A stretch of DNA of 64,000 bases. It comes from an uncultured delta proteobacterium (GTDB taxonomy: Bacteria > Myxococcota_A > Polyangia > Fen-1088). Below the pieces are notes generated by a model that saw only the letters and a program-made list of their open reading frames with translations, was not told the origin of the DNA and ran no database searches. A program made the position numbers and the translations under genes. The stretch covers positions 29,288 through 93,287 of the forward strand of contig CAWCMR010000018.1 in assembly GCA_963796685.1 (NCBI GenBank), in the 5' to 3' direction. Below are positions 18,316-29,595 of the stretch, in pieces (positions within the stretch are counted from its first letter, which is position 1; each line of letters begins with the position of its first letter).

Positions 18316-18383
18316 AAGACCTCCATCCCCACCGGCCCAACCGGGGGCGCACGATCGCGGAGGGGCGGCGTCCGGCAAACGCG

Positions 18384-20072
18384 TCAGACGCTGAATTGTC
18401 CAACCAGGGCTCTCAGCTGTTCGGCCAGCTTCGACAACTCGGCCGCGCTGATCTGTACCTGCTCGCCGCCCTTGCGGACATCGCCAAGCGCTGCATTCAC
18501 GCTTGCGATGTCCCGAGCTATCGACTTCGCCACATCCGCGGACTGAGCAATGCGTTCGTTCGCGTCCTTCACGCCTCCCGTGGCCTCGGCGATATTGCCC
18601 GCCACGTCCCTGGTCACCGCAGCCTGCTCCTCGATGGCGGCGGCGACGTCTGCCACGATGCCGCCAACCTCTCGGATGACGCCGAAGATCTTGCCGATGT
18701 CCGCCATTGCCTCTCCGGTGGACGTCTGCACACCAGAGATCTTCGTCTTGATGCCCTCGGTGGCATGGGCCGTCTGTCCGGCAAGATCCTTGATCTCGTT
18801 GGCCACCACCGTGAAACCCTTACCCGCCGTGCCGGCCCGGGCCGCTTCGATGGTTGCATTGAGGGCCAGCAGGTTCGTTTGCGAGGAGATGTTCGTGATG
18901 GTTTCGGTCACCTGCCCGATCTGCTGGGCTGCCTGCTCAAGCTCGTGCATGAGCGAGGAAATCGCCTGGGCCCGCGCAGAGGCATCCTCGCTGATGGCGT
19001 GAGCCTTCGCGACCTTCGCTGCAATGTCCCCCACCGTTGCGCTCATTTCCTCCGTCGCGCCTGCGACGGAAACGAGATTCGTGGCCGCCTGCTCCATGCT
19101 GGCGGCGACAGTGATCGTGTTGGCGCTGGACTCCTCGGCGGCCGCCGCCACGGTGCCTGTCCTTTCCGCCATGGTTGCAGTTCCAGAGGAGGTCTGGGAC
19201 GCGATGGCGGAAAGCTCGGTGGCGGAGGAAGCGAGGGTGTGCACGCCTTCTGTAACCTCGCGCAGCAGTTTTCGAAGACCCTTGCTCATGCTGTCGATCG
19301 CCTTGCCGAGATCGCCTGCCTCGTCCTTGCGATCCCGAAGGTTCGCGGGAACCTCGACCGTGAGATCGCCCTTGCTGACGAGATCGAGTAGGTGCACGCC
19401 AGCGTTGATGGGAACGGTCAGGCTGCGCGCGGTTCGGAGGCCCGCGATGGCAATGAACGTTGCCAGAATCGCGAATACGACGATGGTCCATATCTCGGTC
19501 GAGTCGAGAACGGCGCCGGCTTTCTCTTCGATGGCCGCCTCTTCCTTGTTGGCCTCGGTCACCACCTGATCGATGGCGGCCCGGTGCTGTTCGTAGGCGT
19601 CGTTGAGTCGCCCCCCGCTGCTCTTCATCGTCTCCGCGTCCTGCTTCATCACGGCGGGGAAAAGCTCATCGGTGGCGATGCGAAAGAACGCTTGGGCGGG
19701 CTGGTAGGAATCCTTGAGGAGCAAATCGTGCAAGACGCCAGCCGGCAAGTGCGAAACCCAGTATTCGTGGCGCTCTTCGTAGCTCTTCTGGAGCTTCGCA
19801 AACCGGGTGGCCAACGCGTGCCGGCGAAGATCTGCCGATTCTTCCTGGAATTGCTTGGCGACTAGGAACGCCTCGATGACGTACTCGGGGGGCGGCAGCA
19901 CATCCGCGACGAGGTCTTTGTTCGCAACGATCTCCCGATACAAGGGACCGTTCACGGCCACCCGGCGCGTGGACAAGAGACCGACAAGGAAATTCCCGAT
20001 CAACCCTGCCAGGGCCGTGCCGATCAGAATCAATAGCTTCGTTCGCATTCTCAGGTCATTGAAACCGGTCAT
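18384..20072 (-). CDS. Methyl-accepting chemotaxis protein (2 TM, HAMP, long signalling domain)
   Basis: [17 protein letters not shown]; ATG 20072 preceded by SD GGAAGGA. Confidence 0.95.
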   Translation of the reverse strand: MTGFNDLRMRTKLLILIGTALAGLIGNFLVGLLSTRRVAVNGPLYREIVANKDLVADVLPPPEYVIEAFLVAKQFQEESADLRRHALATRFAKLQKSYEERHEYWVSHLPAGVLHDLLLKDSYQPAQAFFRIATDELFPAVMKQDAETMKSSGGRLNDAYEQHRAAIDQVVTEANKEEAAIEEKAGAVLDSTEIWTIVVFAILATFIAIAGLRTARSLTVPINAGVHLLDLVSKGDLTVEVPANLRDRKDEAGDLGKAIDSMSKGLRKLLREVTEGVHTLASSATELSAIASQTSSGTATMAERTGTVAAAAEESSANTITVAASMEQAATNLVSVAGATEEMSATVGDIAAKVAKAHAISEDASARAQAISSLMHELEQAAQQIGQVTETITNISSQTNLLALNATIEAARAGTAGKGFTVVANEIKDLAGQTAHATEGIKTKISGVQTSTGEAMADIGKIFGVIREVGGIVADVAAAIEEQAAVTRDVAGNIAEATGGVKDANERIAQSADVAKSIARDIASVNAALGDVRKGGEQVQISAAELSKLAEQLRALVGQFSV

Positions 20073-20102
20073 GGTTCGGATCCTTCCAGGTGACTTCATT
20101 CT

Positions 20103-20129
20103 CTATCGGACGACCGGTTGTGGTCTTGA
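20103..20129 (-). promoter_or_regulatory. Sigma-28 (FliA)-type promoter
   Basis: TCAA-N15-TCCGATAG versus consensus TAAA-N15-GCCGATAA. Confidence 0.65.
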
Positions 20130-20149
20130 CCCGGACCGGTTCGGCGCTT

Positions 20150-20361
20150 CGGCGGCTCAAGCCCATCGTCTATCCCATCGAGAAGACCGGCCTATGGGGC
20201 GATGGCGTACACGAGAAGCGCCCTGTGGTCACCAACGACTACAAGTCCCTGGTGAGGCCCACCAAGAAGGGGTATCCGGCCGGTCACGTAGACAGCAGCG
20301 ACACGTGAACGCGTACATGATGCACGAAGGGATGATCGTGGGCGTGCGCTTGACCTTGTGA
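20150..20361 (+). pseudogene. GAF-domain sensor fragment
   Basis: YPIEKTGLWGDGVHEKRPVVTNDY..KKGYPAGHV continues after a frameshift as HVNAYMMHEGMIVGV; no start or output domain. Confidence 0.55.
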
Positions 20362-20466
20362 ACCTCCCGGAGTCCTAGAGCACCGAACGAGTTGAATTCC
20401 TTCTGAATCCAAGGGATTGCCTGGCGCCGCCGAGGTCGCTGTGCACAGCGCGCACGAGCCCTTTTT

Positions 20467-20578
20467 CACCACAGAGAACACAGAGGGCACAGAGGCCAGG
20501 AAGAGTAAGGGTTTTCCGGATCTCGATCCGAACCCTTCCTTTCTCACCCGTCTCCGTGTTCTCTGTGTCCTCTGTGTT
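20467..20578. repeat. Palindromic REP/MITE-like element, family A copy 2
   Basis: CACCACAGAGAACACAGAGGGCACAGAG..CTCTGTGTCCTCTGTG, with the same inner CCGGATC..GATCCGAACCCTTCC core as copy 1. Confidence 0.8.
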
Positions 20579-20629
20579 TAGAATCCGGAAATTGCCCGGT
20601 TTTCAACCCGTTCGGTGCTCTAGGTTGGT

Positions 20630-21697
20630 TCAAGCGCACAGCCGAAGTGCTTCATGCGCGAGGCTTCCCAGGGGAAGCACTTTGTGTACGCCTCCGCGCT
20701 TGATGGCCTCGGCGGGCATGCCGAACACGACGCAGGTCGATTCGTCCTGGGCGAGATTGGTGGCGCCGGCCTCTTTCATCTCTGCCATGCCATTGGCACC
20801 GTCGTCGCCCATTCCTGTCATGATGACTCCGACGGCGTTGCTGCCTGCGTAGCGCGCCACCGAGCGAAACAGGACGTCCACCGAGGGACGGTGCCGCGAG
20901 ACCAACGGTCCATCCTTGACCTCGACGTAGTACCTGGCGCCGCTTCGTTTGAGCAATGTGTGTCGATTGCCAGGGGCGATAAGCGCGCGCCCGCGGATGA
21001 CGCTGTCTCCGTCCTCCGCTTCCTTCACCTGCACGGCGCATAAGGAGTCGAGCCGCTTGGCAAACGCGGCGGTGAACTTCTCCGGCATGTGCTGAACGAT
21101 GACGATGCCGGGACAATCGACGGGCAAGACCGCGAGAAATTCGCGCAAGGCCTCCGTGCCGCCCGTGGATGCCCCCACCGCGACGATGCGCTCGGTCGTT
21201 TGGATCATGGCCTGACCCGACCCCTTGGCGATCACCGCATCGGCATTCAGCTTGGGTTGGACCATCGGCGGGGCGGACTTGCCTCCTCGAACGCGCACGC
21301 CCGCGGCGGCCTTGACCGCGTCGCAGATCTCAATCCTGGATTCTTCGAGGAACAGCTTCGTTCCAAGCTTGGGCTTGGTAATGATGTCCATGGCCCCGAG
21401 CTCGAGTGCGCGCAAGGTGGTATCGCAGCCGTCTTCGGCGAGACTGGAACAGATGACGACCGGGATAGGATGTTGAGCCATCAGCTTCTGCAAGAAGGTC
21501 AACCCGTCCATGCGGGGCATTTCGATATCCAGGGTAATGACGTCGGGCAGGAAGGTGCGCATCTTCTCGGCGGCGACGTAGGGATCTGACGCGCTTTCCA
21601 CCGTGCCGATCTCTTTGTCGGAGGCCAAGATCCCCGTCAACGTCTGCCTGACGACGGCGGAATCGTCGACGACTAGGACCTGAATCTTCTTCGGCAT
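20630..21697 (-). CDS. cheB: Chemotaxis methylesterase CheB (cluster 1)
   Basis: REC plus GASTGG, QHMP, HRPSVD and MTGMGDDG. Confidence 0.96.
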   Translation of the reverse strand: MPKKIQVLVVDDSAVVRQTLTGILASDKEIGTVESASDPYVAAEKMRTFLPDVITLDIEMPRMDGLTFLQKLMAQHPIPVVICSSLAEDGCDTTLRALELGAMDIITKPKLGTKLFLEESRIEICDAVKAAAGVRVRGGKSAPPMVQPKLNADAVIAKGSGQAMIQTTERIVAVGASTGGTEALREFLAVLPVDCPGIVIVQHMPEKFTAAFAKRLDSLCAVQVKEAEDGDSVIRGRALIAPGNRHTLLKRSGARYYVEVKDGPLVSRHRPSVDVLFRSVARYAGSNAVGVIMTGMGDDGANGMAEMKEAGATNLAQDESTCVVFGMPAEAIKRGGVHKVLPLGSLAHEALRLCA

Positions 21698-21704
21698 GGG
21701 GCAG

Positions 21705-22586
21705 CTACCTCGCTTTTCGGTAGATCGTCGGTGCGATCTGAACCAGCGGAACCGACAGACCGTTGATGGTTTCCGAATGACCAAGGAAGACAAATCCACC
21801 CGGACGCAGCAACCCCGTGAATCGCAAGAGGATTTGCGCCTGCGTGGCCCGATTGAAATAGATGAAGACGTTGCGACAGAAGATGACATCGATGGGGCGC
21901 GGAAGGTTGTAGCTCCGGGAAAGCAGGTTGAGCCGCTGAAACGTGACCTTTTGTCTGAGGCGGGGGCTGATGCGAACCAGGCCCTGCTCGCGATCGCGGC
22001 TGCGCAGGAGATACTTGTACTTGAGCGCGCCGGGAATGGTGGCCGCGCACGCCTCCGTGTAGATGGCCCGCCGAGCGCGATCGAGCACGGAAGTGGATAT
22101 ATCCGTGGCCAGGATCTGCCAGCTCATGACCCGGGACTCCGCGAACTCGCTCAGCACCATGGCCAAGGTGTAGGGCTCTTCACCGGTCGAGCTGGCTGCG
22201 CTCCACACGGTCAAGGGACGCGAGGGATGGTTGGCGCCTGACGCCAATAGCTCGGGAAGGGCCTCGTCAGCGAGGTACGCGAAGTGATGGGGCTCGCGAA
22301 AGAAGTCCGTCTTGTTGGTCGTGACTACGTCGATCAGGTGGACGATTTCGGCCTCGTCCCGGCTCGGCCCGAAGACACGGGTCACGTACTCGTGGTAGTC
22401 CGAAAGTCCCAGCGCCCGAAGTCGCTTTCGCAAGCGAGCTTCCAGCATTACCCGCTTGGTCGGCGGCAGTTGGATGCCGACTTCCTTCTCGATGAAGGCG
22501 CTCAACTGCGCGAAATCGCGCGTGGCGAGCTGGCCCTCGCTCCACGCCTGGGGAATCGAGGGAGTCTCGACCTCGGTGTCTCCCAT
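21705..22586 (-). CDS. cheR: Chemotaxis methyltransferase CheR (cluster 1)
   Basis: [32 protein letters not shown]. Confidence 0.96.
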   Translation of the reverse strand: MGDTEVETPSIPQAWSEGQLATRDFAQLSAFIEKEVGIQLPPTKRVMLEARLRKRLRALGLSDYHEYVTRVFGPSRDEAEIVHLIDVVTTNKTDFFREPHHFAYLADEALPELLASGANHPSRPLTVWSAASSTGEEPYTLAMVLSEFAESRVMSWQILATDISTSVLDRARRAIYTEACAATIPGALKYKYLLRSRDREQGLVRISPRLRQKVTFQRLNLLSRSYNLPRPIDVIFCRNVFIYFNRATQAQILLRFTGLLRPGGFVFLGHSETINGLSVPLVQIAPTIYRKAR

Positions 22587-22587
22587 G

Positions 22588-24592
22588 TCACGCCGCCTGC
22601 TGGACGCTGCGAAGCAGCGCCGGGACGTCCACGATGAGGGCCAAGGTTCCATCGCCGAGAATGGTTGCCCCCGACAACCCGCGTACGTTCTGGTACATCC
22701 GGCCGAGCGACTTGATCACGGTTTGGTGCTGTCCCACGACCCCATCCACGACGAACCCGAAGCGCTTCCCTTCGACCGTCGTGACGGCAACCTGCTCGAT
22801 GGCCGGCCTCTCACCCGTGCTGCCGAAGCAATCGCGAAGCCGGATGTAGGGAACGAGCTCGCCCCGGACATTGGCCAGGCGATTGTCGTGAGAGCGCTCG
22901 ATATCGCGAGCGGTCAGCTCCACACACTCCTCGACCAGCGACATGGGCAAGACGAACTTCCCTTCTCCGACCGCGACCAAGAGACCTTCGATGATGGCCA
23001 GGGTAAGCGGTAACTGCAGGCGAAAGGTGGTTCCCTTTCCGAGCTCGCTCGTGATCGAGATCTGGCCGCGCAGGGCTTCCACGGATCGCTTCACCACGTC
23101 CATGCCGACGCCGCGGCCCGAAACATTCGTGACGGCCTTGGCCAGAGAGAACCCGGGCAGGAAGATCAGCTTGTAGAGCTCTTCGACGGATGGTTTGGCG
23201 TTCTCGTCCAGAAGTCCGGAGGCGATGGCCTTCTTGCGAATGCCGGCCGGGTCCAAGCCCGCCCCGTCATCCCTGATCTCGACGAAGACGTTTTGCCCCG
23301 AGTGGTACGCAAGCAGACGGACGGTTCCGCTGGGATCTTTGCCGGCCCTACGGCGGTTCTCCGGCGATTCGATGCCGTGGTCGCAGCTGTTGCGAATCAG
23401 GTGCACCAAAGGATCGAAGAGCCGTTCGATGACGGTCTTGTCGAGCTCGGTCTCTGCGCCCTCGGTTTGCAATTGAATGTCCTTGCCGAGGTCGGACGAA
23501 AGGTCGTGCACCAGGCGCTTGAAGCGGACGAAGGTCGTGCCGATGGGGACCATGCGGATGTCGAGGGTGTTGTCGCGCAGCTCGGCGGAGAGACGACCGA
23601 TGTCTTCCGCAACGGAGAAAAGCTGATCGTCCGCGCGGTTCGAGGCCAACTGGGCCAACCTGGCTTGTGCGATGACCAGCTCGCCGACCAAATCGACGAG
23701 GCTGTCGAGCTTTTGCGCCGACACACGAATGCTGGAGGAGCCCTCCGCAGATCGATTCGCGGGAGATGTCTCGAGGGCACGTGTCTGCGCGGGGACGGCG
23801 GGTGGCGCGGCGAGCGCGACAGGGGTGGGTTGGTTCTCGATGGCCGCGCCCGAGGTCCCGCCTTGGGCTGGAAGGACAGGGAAAGTCGAGATGGTCAGAT
23901 CACATCGATCCTCGACGAAGATGAAGACGTCGCGAACATCGTTCTCGCTCTTCGTCGTGTGCAGAAGAACGTCGAATTTCAGGTAGCACGTCTCTGGATC
24001 GAGATCCTCCAGGCAAGGGAATGAGTCGAAATTCGTGGTCGTGCGACACGATCCCAGGTCGTTCAGCTCGGCGAGGATGCCGAGCGGATTGCTGCCGTTC
24101 TGGAAGTAGTCGGAATGCGGAATCCAGGCGATGCGAACCTGGGATATCGCCGGGCGGGCGTTGACCCGATCGGGTTCGCGTGGGAGGGGCGGCGCCTCCG
24201 GGGTGAGTGCCGGAGCCTGCCCCAAGATGGCCTGGAAGGAGGAATGCAAGCGCTCTCTCGCATCCGGGGGGACCGTGGCGAGCGGGTCGAGCAAGGACCG
24301 GATGAGATCCTTGGTCGCCAAGGTCAACGCGATGATATCAGGGGTGGCTTGCAGCTTGCCCTGGCGAATCTGCACGAAGACGGCTTCGACCTCGTGCGCG
24401 ACCGCGGCGATGGTGTCGAACCCGGCCATGGCGCCCGAGCCCTTGATGGTGTGCAGGGCGCGGAATGCCTGGGAGATCAGCTCCGGATCCTGGGGCCGTT
24501 GCTCGAGCTTCGAGGAGGGTGTTTTCCAGCACGGCCAGATGCTCGGCCGCCTCTTCGCGGAACATGCTTTCCAGTTGATCGTTGCTACCCAC
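22588..24592 (-). CDS. cheA: Chemotaxis kinase CheA (cluster 1), +1 frameshift at ~24509
   Basis: Hpt FRALHTIKG, P2, HLIRNSCDHG, SGRGVGMD, CheW domain. Removing one T at 24509/10 restores 667 aa. Confidence 0.93.
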
Positions 24593-24601
24593 GGAACCGT
24601 C

Positions 24602-24967
24602 CTATCCGATGATGCGTTTGACGACTGAAAGCAGCTGCTCGGGCGTGAATGGCTTCACCATCCAGGCCGTAGCACCGGCACTTTTTCCCTCTTGCTTCTT
24701 GGAATCTTTGGACTCGGTGGTGATCATCACGACTGGCGTCAGGCGATGCTTCGCGCTGGCACGAACCTGCTTGATGAGGGACACACCATCGATATCGGGC
24801 ATGTTCAGATCGGTCAGAATCAGATTGAACGTAGCGGTTTCCATCTTGCCGATGGCCTCCTTGCCCCCGTTCGCGGAGGAGACTTCGTATCCGGCCTTCG
24901 CGAGCACCGTCTCTTCCACCTGGCGGATCACCGCCGAATCGTCAACGACCAGTATCTTCTTTGCCAT
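24602..24967 (-). CDS. cheY: CheY-type single-domain response regulator
   Basis: 121 aa; VVDD, TDLNMP, ITTES, VKPF. Confidence 0.9.
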   Translation of the reverse strand: MAKKILVVDDSAVIRQVEETVLAKAGYEVSSANGGKEAIGKMETATFNLILTDLNMPDIDGVSLIKQVRASAKHRLTPVVMITTESKDSKKQEGKSAGATAWMVKPFTPEQLLSVVKRIIG

Positions 24968-25250
24968 GGCTGAAATCCCCTTGGTTCCAATCCTGCTCGG
25001 CGAGCCCCAACAGGCGCAGACCGGCCCCAACCACCGGCCCGTGAAGCTCCGTGGGAAAGCGGATTGGAATCTTGGCGTTGGCCGCGCTTCGCAAAGCAGC
25101 AAGAAGAACTTGGAGTCCCGCAGCATCGACCTCGGTCACCTGCCTGGTGTCGAGCTCCAGGTCGCCCGCACCGGCCAGTGCGCGCAGAAGCCTCTGTTTG
25201 GCCTCGGCGGCGGCCCCTATGGTGAGATCGCCTGTCAAATGACATTGCAT
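24942..25250 (-). CDS. STAS domain protein
   Basis: LTGDLTI, LDTRQVTEVDAAGLQVLLA. Confidence 0.85.
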   Translation of the reverse strand: MQCHLTGDLTIGAAAEAKQRLLRALAGAGDLELDTRQVTEVDAAGLQVLLAALRSAANAKIPIRFPTELHGPVVGAGLRLLGLAEQDWNQGDFSHGKEDTGR

Positions 25251-25289
25251 GGAATCGTGTCGCTCCTGTGAGGAATGGGCTGCGCTCCG

Positions 25290-27062
25290 TTAGAAGAACT
25301 CGATCGATCCTTCCGATGACGTCTCATCGACAGGTTTTGGAATTTCCACAGTCGAGGTCTGCACATGACCATCACTGAGCGCAGAGCGTTGAACCTGCCG
25401 CTCTTGTTCCATGGTGTGACGGCGATTCTCGGCGTGCAAACGACTGGCTGGGGGCCGTGCGCCGCCGGCCCCGGATACGGCTTGTCGGTGGATGTCGGAA
25501 AGGTCCTTCGAGACGGTCCGGAGTCGTTTGGTCTCTGCCGTCAATCGGTGGAGATCATCGCTGATCGCCGCGACCTCTGAACGAAGGTCGCTGCTGCCGG
25601 CAAGAAGCAGGTCGACGGCCCTGGCGAGCGACGACTGATAATTCCCCAGATTCGTCATCAACCTATCCAAGTCTGCCGCCACGTCATCACCACCACGAGC
25701 CGATGCCTTCCCGACAGCAGAAGAATTCACCAATAAGCCCGCTTCATTTCCAACCGACTCCATGATGGTGGCTGCGGACGACGTGAAGACTTGGATCTGA
25801 TCCGAGATGTCTTGAATTTCCCGGGCCAGCACCGTCAGCGTTATTCCCGCTTGGCCGATGTGGACGGCCTTCACCATGGCGTTCAGACCAATGAACCTGG
25901 CGTCCCGACCTAGCCTGGCGACCTCGTCGACCAGCGTTTCTATCCCGGTGGCGGTGTCGGCGACCTTGCGGAGGGCCTGCAGCATGGAAGCCTCTTGCGC
26001 GTCATGCGCACGCAGTGCTTGGGTCGTGGTACGGATGCCGTGCTCCAACTGATGAAGAATCGAGCTGTTGCTACTCTTTCCCGAAAAGCTCGAGCTTTCC
26101 TTGGCCAATGCAGTCAGTGCGGACACGATCGCGAGGAGGCTGCTATCGATTTGGGACAGCCCGGTGACCAGACGGTCGCACGCGTTTTCAAGCTGCGCCG
26201 CCTCCACGTGGCTCACAATCGCAAGCTCGGCCAACCACGAACGAGGATCGTCACCGGTCCCGGAGGCATCGATTGCCTCTTGCGCACTGACGGCGAACTC
26301 CTCCAGATTCTGGACGACGTGCTCGAACATCTGGCGGGCGATATCCTGGATTTGCAAAGACTGCAGAACCTTTCCGATACTGGACCGCACCTTGGCCACG
26401 CTTTCGGTAGACTTGTTGGCCAAGGCGTACGAGGTGTTGCAGGCTTCCGACATGCCGGCCATGTGGGTCCGGGTCTCCTTGCGGAAGGTCGTGACATCGC
26501 GTCGATGGCGATCGAGGAAGGTCCGAGCATGTCCCAGCGCAGACTGGACCGTCGTACGCACCTCCCGGCCATGGGACAAGACCTCGCTGAATTTCGGTTT
26601 GATCTGCACAGCCATGGCACGCAGATCGCTGACCACGCTGTCGAATCCGGTCTGTCCCGTGCTCCTTCGAGAATTCTCCAAATGCGTGGTCGACGCCAGG
26701 GCAAACAGAGTGGCCACAATCCTTTGGAACTCGCCATCGAGGGACGACAGGTTCTCGATGGCCGCCAGGACCGCCGACAGGGTTTGCAGCCCCTTCTCGG
26801 TGTCTGACTGTCCATGCTCGAGGTGTCGATCGAGCTCGGCAAGCCCCTGGCGCAGACTCTCGGCCGGATTGTCGGTGTCGTCTCCCATACGGGTAGCGCT
26901 CGAGGATTCGGTCAAGATCCGATTGGAATCGTCCTCGAGGTGCTGGAGCTTGGCGCCGGTCTCCAGGAATACCTTTTCGGAATCGGACATGAACCGAGTG
27001 AGGCCGGCCGCCATGGCCTGAAAGCGATGGATGGCCGACTTGAGCGACTCCGTTGCGTCCAT
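25290..27062 (-). CDS. Cytoplasmic atypical MCP-like protein with CheZ-like QxQDxxxQ motif
   Basis: No TM; two degenerate hairpin tips (LASTTHLE..GFDSVV and IGLNAMVKA..LTVLAREIQ); LQIQDIARQMFEHV; ends in SIEFF. Confidence 0.65.
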   Translation of the reverse strand: MDATESLKSAIHRFQAMAAGLTRFMSDSEKVFLETGAKLQHLEDDSNRILTESSSATRMGDDTDNPAESLRQGLAELDRHLEHGQSDTEKGLQTLSAVLAAIENLSSLDGEFQRIVATLFALASTTHLENSRRSTGQTGFDSVVSDLRAMAVQIKPKFSEVLSHGREVRTTVQSALGHARTFLDRHRRDVTTFRKETRTHMAGMSEACNTSYALANKSTESVAKVRSSIGKVLQSLQIQDIARQMFEHVVQNLEEFAVSAQEAIDASGTGDDPRSWLAELAIVSHVEAAQLENACDRLVTGLSQIDSSLLAIVSALTALAKESSSFSGKSSNSSILHQLEHGIRTTTQALRAHDAQEASMLQALRKVADTATGIETLVDEVARLGRDARFIGLNAMVKAVHIGQAGITLTVLAREIQDISDQIQVFTSSAATIMESVGNEAGLLVNSSAVGKASARGGDDVAADLDRLMTNLGNYQSSLARAVDLLLAGSSDLRSEVAAISDDLHRLTAETKRLRTVSKDLSDIHRQAVSGAGGARPPASRLHAENRRHTMEQERQVQRSALSDGHVQTSTVEIPKPVDETSSEGSIEFF

Positions 27063-27110
27063 GGTCTGTCTGGTGGCGACTGGAATGCGCCGCTTGCATT
27101 CCGAAAACGA

Positions 27111-27629
27111 CTAGGCGTTCGGCCCTTCCGGGGTTGACGGGCTGACCGGTGCCGTTGCGCTCGACGAACGAAGCTCGCTCGCGGTGAAGACCTTGTCGAG
27201 GTCCAGGATCATGATGAATTGCTCCTCGCGCTTCCCCATTCCTCGAATGACCGCCGCATCGACACGGCTTCCCATGTGTGGCGGAGGCGCGACGTTACTG
27301 GCGTCCAGATCGATGACCTCTTGAACGGAGTCGACGAGCGCACCCAGAACGGTGCGCTCGCCATCCACCGCAACCTCGGAGATGACGACACAGGTGTCGA
27401 CCGTCTTCTCGGTCATGGTCAGGCCGAGCTTCAGCCTCATGTCGACCACGGGGACGACATTGCCTCGCAGGTTGATGACCCCACGCATGAAGTCCGGCAT
27501 TCGTGGCACCTTGGTCATGCTGGTGAACTCGAGGACCTCCCGCACCTTGCCGATGTCCACGGCGAAAAGCTCTTGGTCGAGCTTGAAGGTCAGGTATTGC
27601 GAGGTCGAGCTGTCGCCTTGTTTCTCCAT
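27111..27629 (-). CDS. cheW: CheW (cluster 1)
   Basis: QYLTF, GVINLRGNVVPVVD. Confidence 0.95.
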   Translation of the reverse strand: MEKQGDSSTSQYLTFKLDQELFAVDIGKVREVLEFTSMTKVPRMPDFMRGVINLRGNVVPVVDMRLKLGLTMTEKTVDTCVVISEVAVDGERTVLGALVDSVQEVIDLDASNVAPPPHMGSRVDAAVIRGMGKREEQFIMILDLDKVFTASELRSSSATAPVSPSTPEGPNA

Positions 27630-27631
27630 GG

Positions 27632-29447
27632 TTACCCCTCCGGTGTGGAGAACTCCTCGAATCCTGCGTCCTCTGCGTCGGTTCCGAGGTTGAGGGTCAG
27701 CCCCTTGCCGTTGCTGCCATTGCGCTTGGGTTGGGGAGTGCTGGCAGGTGCTGCGTGGGGGGGCGTCAGGACCACGGGGCGGCTCTTCTTCTTCAGGTGA
27801 GTCGGGGTCACAGGGATGCCGGAGGAGCCATTGACCCTGAAGAACGCAATGGCGGTTTGGAGTTGTGCGGCCTGGCTGGCCAGCTCTTCGGAGGTCGAGC
27901 TGGTCTCTTCGGAGCCCGAGGCGTTCTGTTGAATCACCTGGTCCAACTGCTGAATGGCCTTGTTGATCTGGGCCGCGCCGCTGTCTTGCTCACGGCTTGC
28001 CGCCGTGATCTCTTGCACCAATTCCGAGGTCTTCTGCACGTCGGGAAGGATCTTGGACAGAAGCTCGCCGGCCTTTTCGGCAACCTTAACACTCGACCCG
28101 GACAACTCGGTGATCTCGCCGGCCGCCTTTTGACTGCGTTCGGCAAGCTTGCGTACCTCCGACGCCACGACCGCGAACCCCCTGCCGTGCTCGCCCGCGC
28201 GCGCGGCCTCGATGGCCGCGTTCAGGGCTAGAAGGTTGGTCTGTCGGGCGATCTCCTCGATGATGGAAATCTTGCTGGCGATTTGTTTCATCGCATCCAC
28301 CGTGCGCGCCACGGCGTCGCCGCCCTCCTTGGCGTCCGAGGCAGCCTTGAGCGCGATCTTCTCCGTCTGCATGGCATTGTCGGCGTTCTGCTTGATGTTC
28401 GAGCTCATCTCCTCCATGGAGGACGAAATCTCCTCGATCGAAGACGCTTGCTCGGTGGATCCTTGGCTGAGCTGCTGGGAAGACTCGCTGAGCTGCTCCG
28501 AGCCGGCGGCCACGTTGTCCGCCGAGCCCTTCACTTCGATGACCACCTCGGAGAGCTTCTTCACCATCTCGGCCAACGCCTTCATCAACGTGTCGCTCTC
28601 CGAGCGCGGACGTACGTCGACCAGGAGATTGCCGCCTGCAATCTCCTGGGCCATCCGGGTCACCTCCTGCAGGCTCTTGACCGTGGTGTCCATGGTGCGA
28701 AGCAGTTGTCCGGCTTCGTCTCGACCGGCGTCTTCGATCTTCATCGAGAGAATCGCCTTGGGCAAGACGCTCGGCGACGTTGACACCCGTTCTGAGTGCG
28801 CGGCCAATCGTCTTGGCGATGACCAGGGCCAGCGCGATGCCGAGCAGGGCGCTCAGGACCATGACGACCGAGATGAGGATACGGGCGCTCTTGTAGATGC
28901 TCTCGGCGTGTCGAGTGGATTCCGCGGAGCCTTTGGCGCTGAGCTCGATGTTCTGCTGGAGAGCTTCCATGGTCTCATCGAATGGCTTGAGCGCCCCTGC
29001 ATTGATGGTGGTCGCTTCCTGTTTCTTCAGGGCTTGGCTCAGGCTCAAGACCTGGTGATGAATCTCCACGTACGATGCCCAGGAGGACCGCATCTTGTCG
29101 AAGAGCCTGCGCTCCTCGTCGCTCGAGATGAGCTTCTCGTACTTGGCCTCTGCGTCCTTGAGGTCGGCTGCCGCTTGATCGATCAGCCGTTCGTAGCGAG
29201 CCATCTTGTCCTTGTCGGTCACCAAGATGTGGGCGAGATCGGCTCTGCGAAACAGGTTGATGGCCATGGATATCTTGCCGAGCGCCTGTACGCTGGGCAA
29301 CCAGGTTCCCGAGATCTCGTTACTCACATCGTTGACCTTGGAGAGCTGGATGACCGAGAACACCCCGAGGAGCGCCGTCATCGCCACCACCGAGAGTACG
29401 GTGAACATCAACTTCATTCCGATCTTCAGGTTCTTGAAGAATTCCAT
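27632..29447 (-). CDS. MCP (4HB sensor, two HAMPs, short signalling domain), +1 frameshift at ~28751
   Basis: Removing one A (GAGAATC->GAGATC) joins ..[16 protein letters not shown].. to give 604 aa; [17 protein letters not shown]; GFEEF near the C-terminus. Confidence 0.92.
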
Positions 29448-29504
29448 CGTGCCTATCCTTCCTGTCTCAGTCCTCTGTTGGTCTCGCCTGCCCGCAGCAG
29501 GGGA

Positions 29505-29531
29505 TGATCGGTGGACGATGCATAAACTTTA
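29505..29531 (-). promoter_or_regulatory. Sigma-28 promoter of che cluster 1
   Basis: TAAAGTTT-N11-ACCGATCA versus E. coli FliA consensus TAAAGTTT-N11-GCCGATAA. Confidence 0.75.
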
Positions 29532-29551
29532 GGAGAAGGGCTCAGATCGGC

Positions 29552-29579
29552 TCAAGCCTGCCTTCCAAAATGCCGATGG
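29552..29579 (+). promoter_or_regulatory. Sigma-28-type promoter of cheD
   Basis: TCAA-N16-GCCGATGG. Confidence 0.65.
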
Positions 29580-29595
29580 GGGACTTGGGTGTAAG

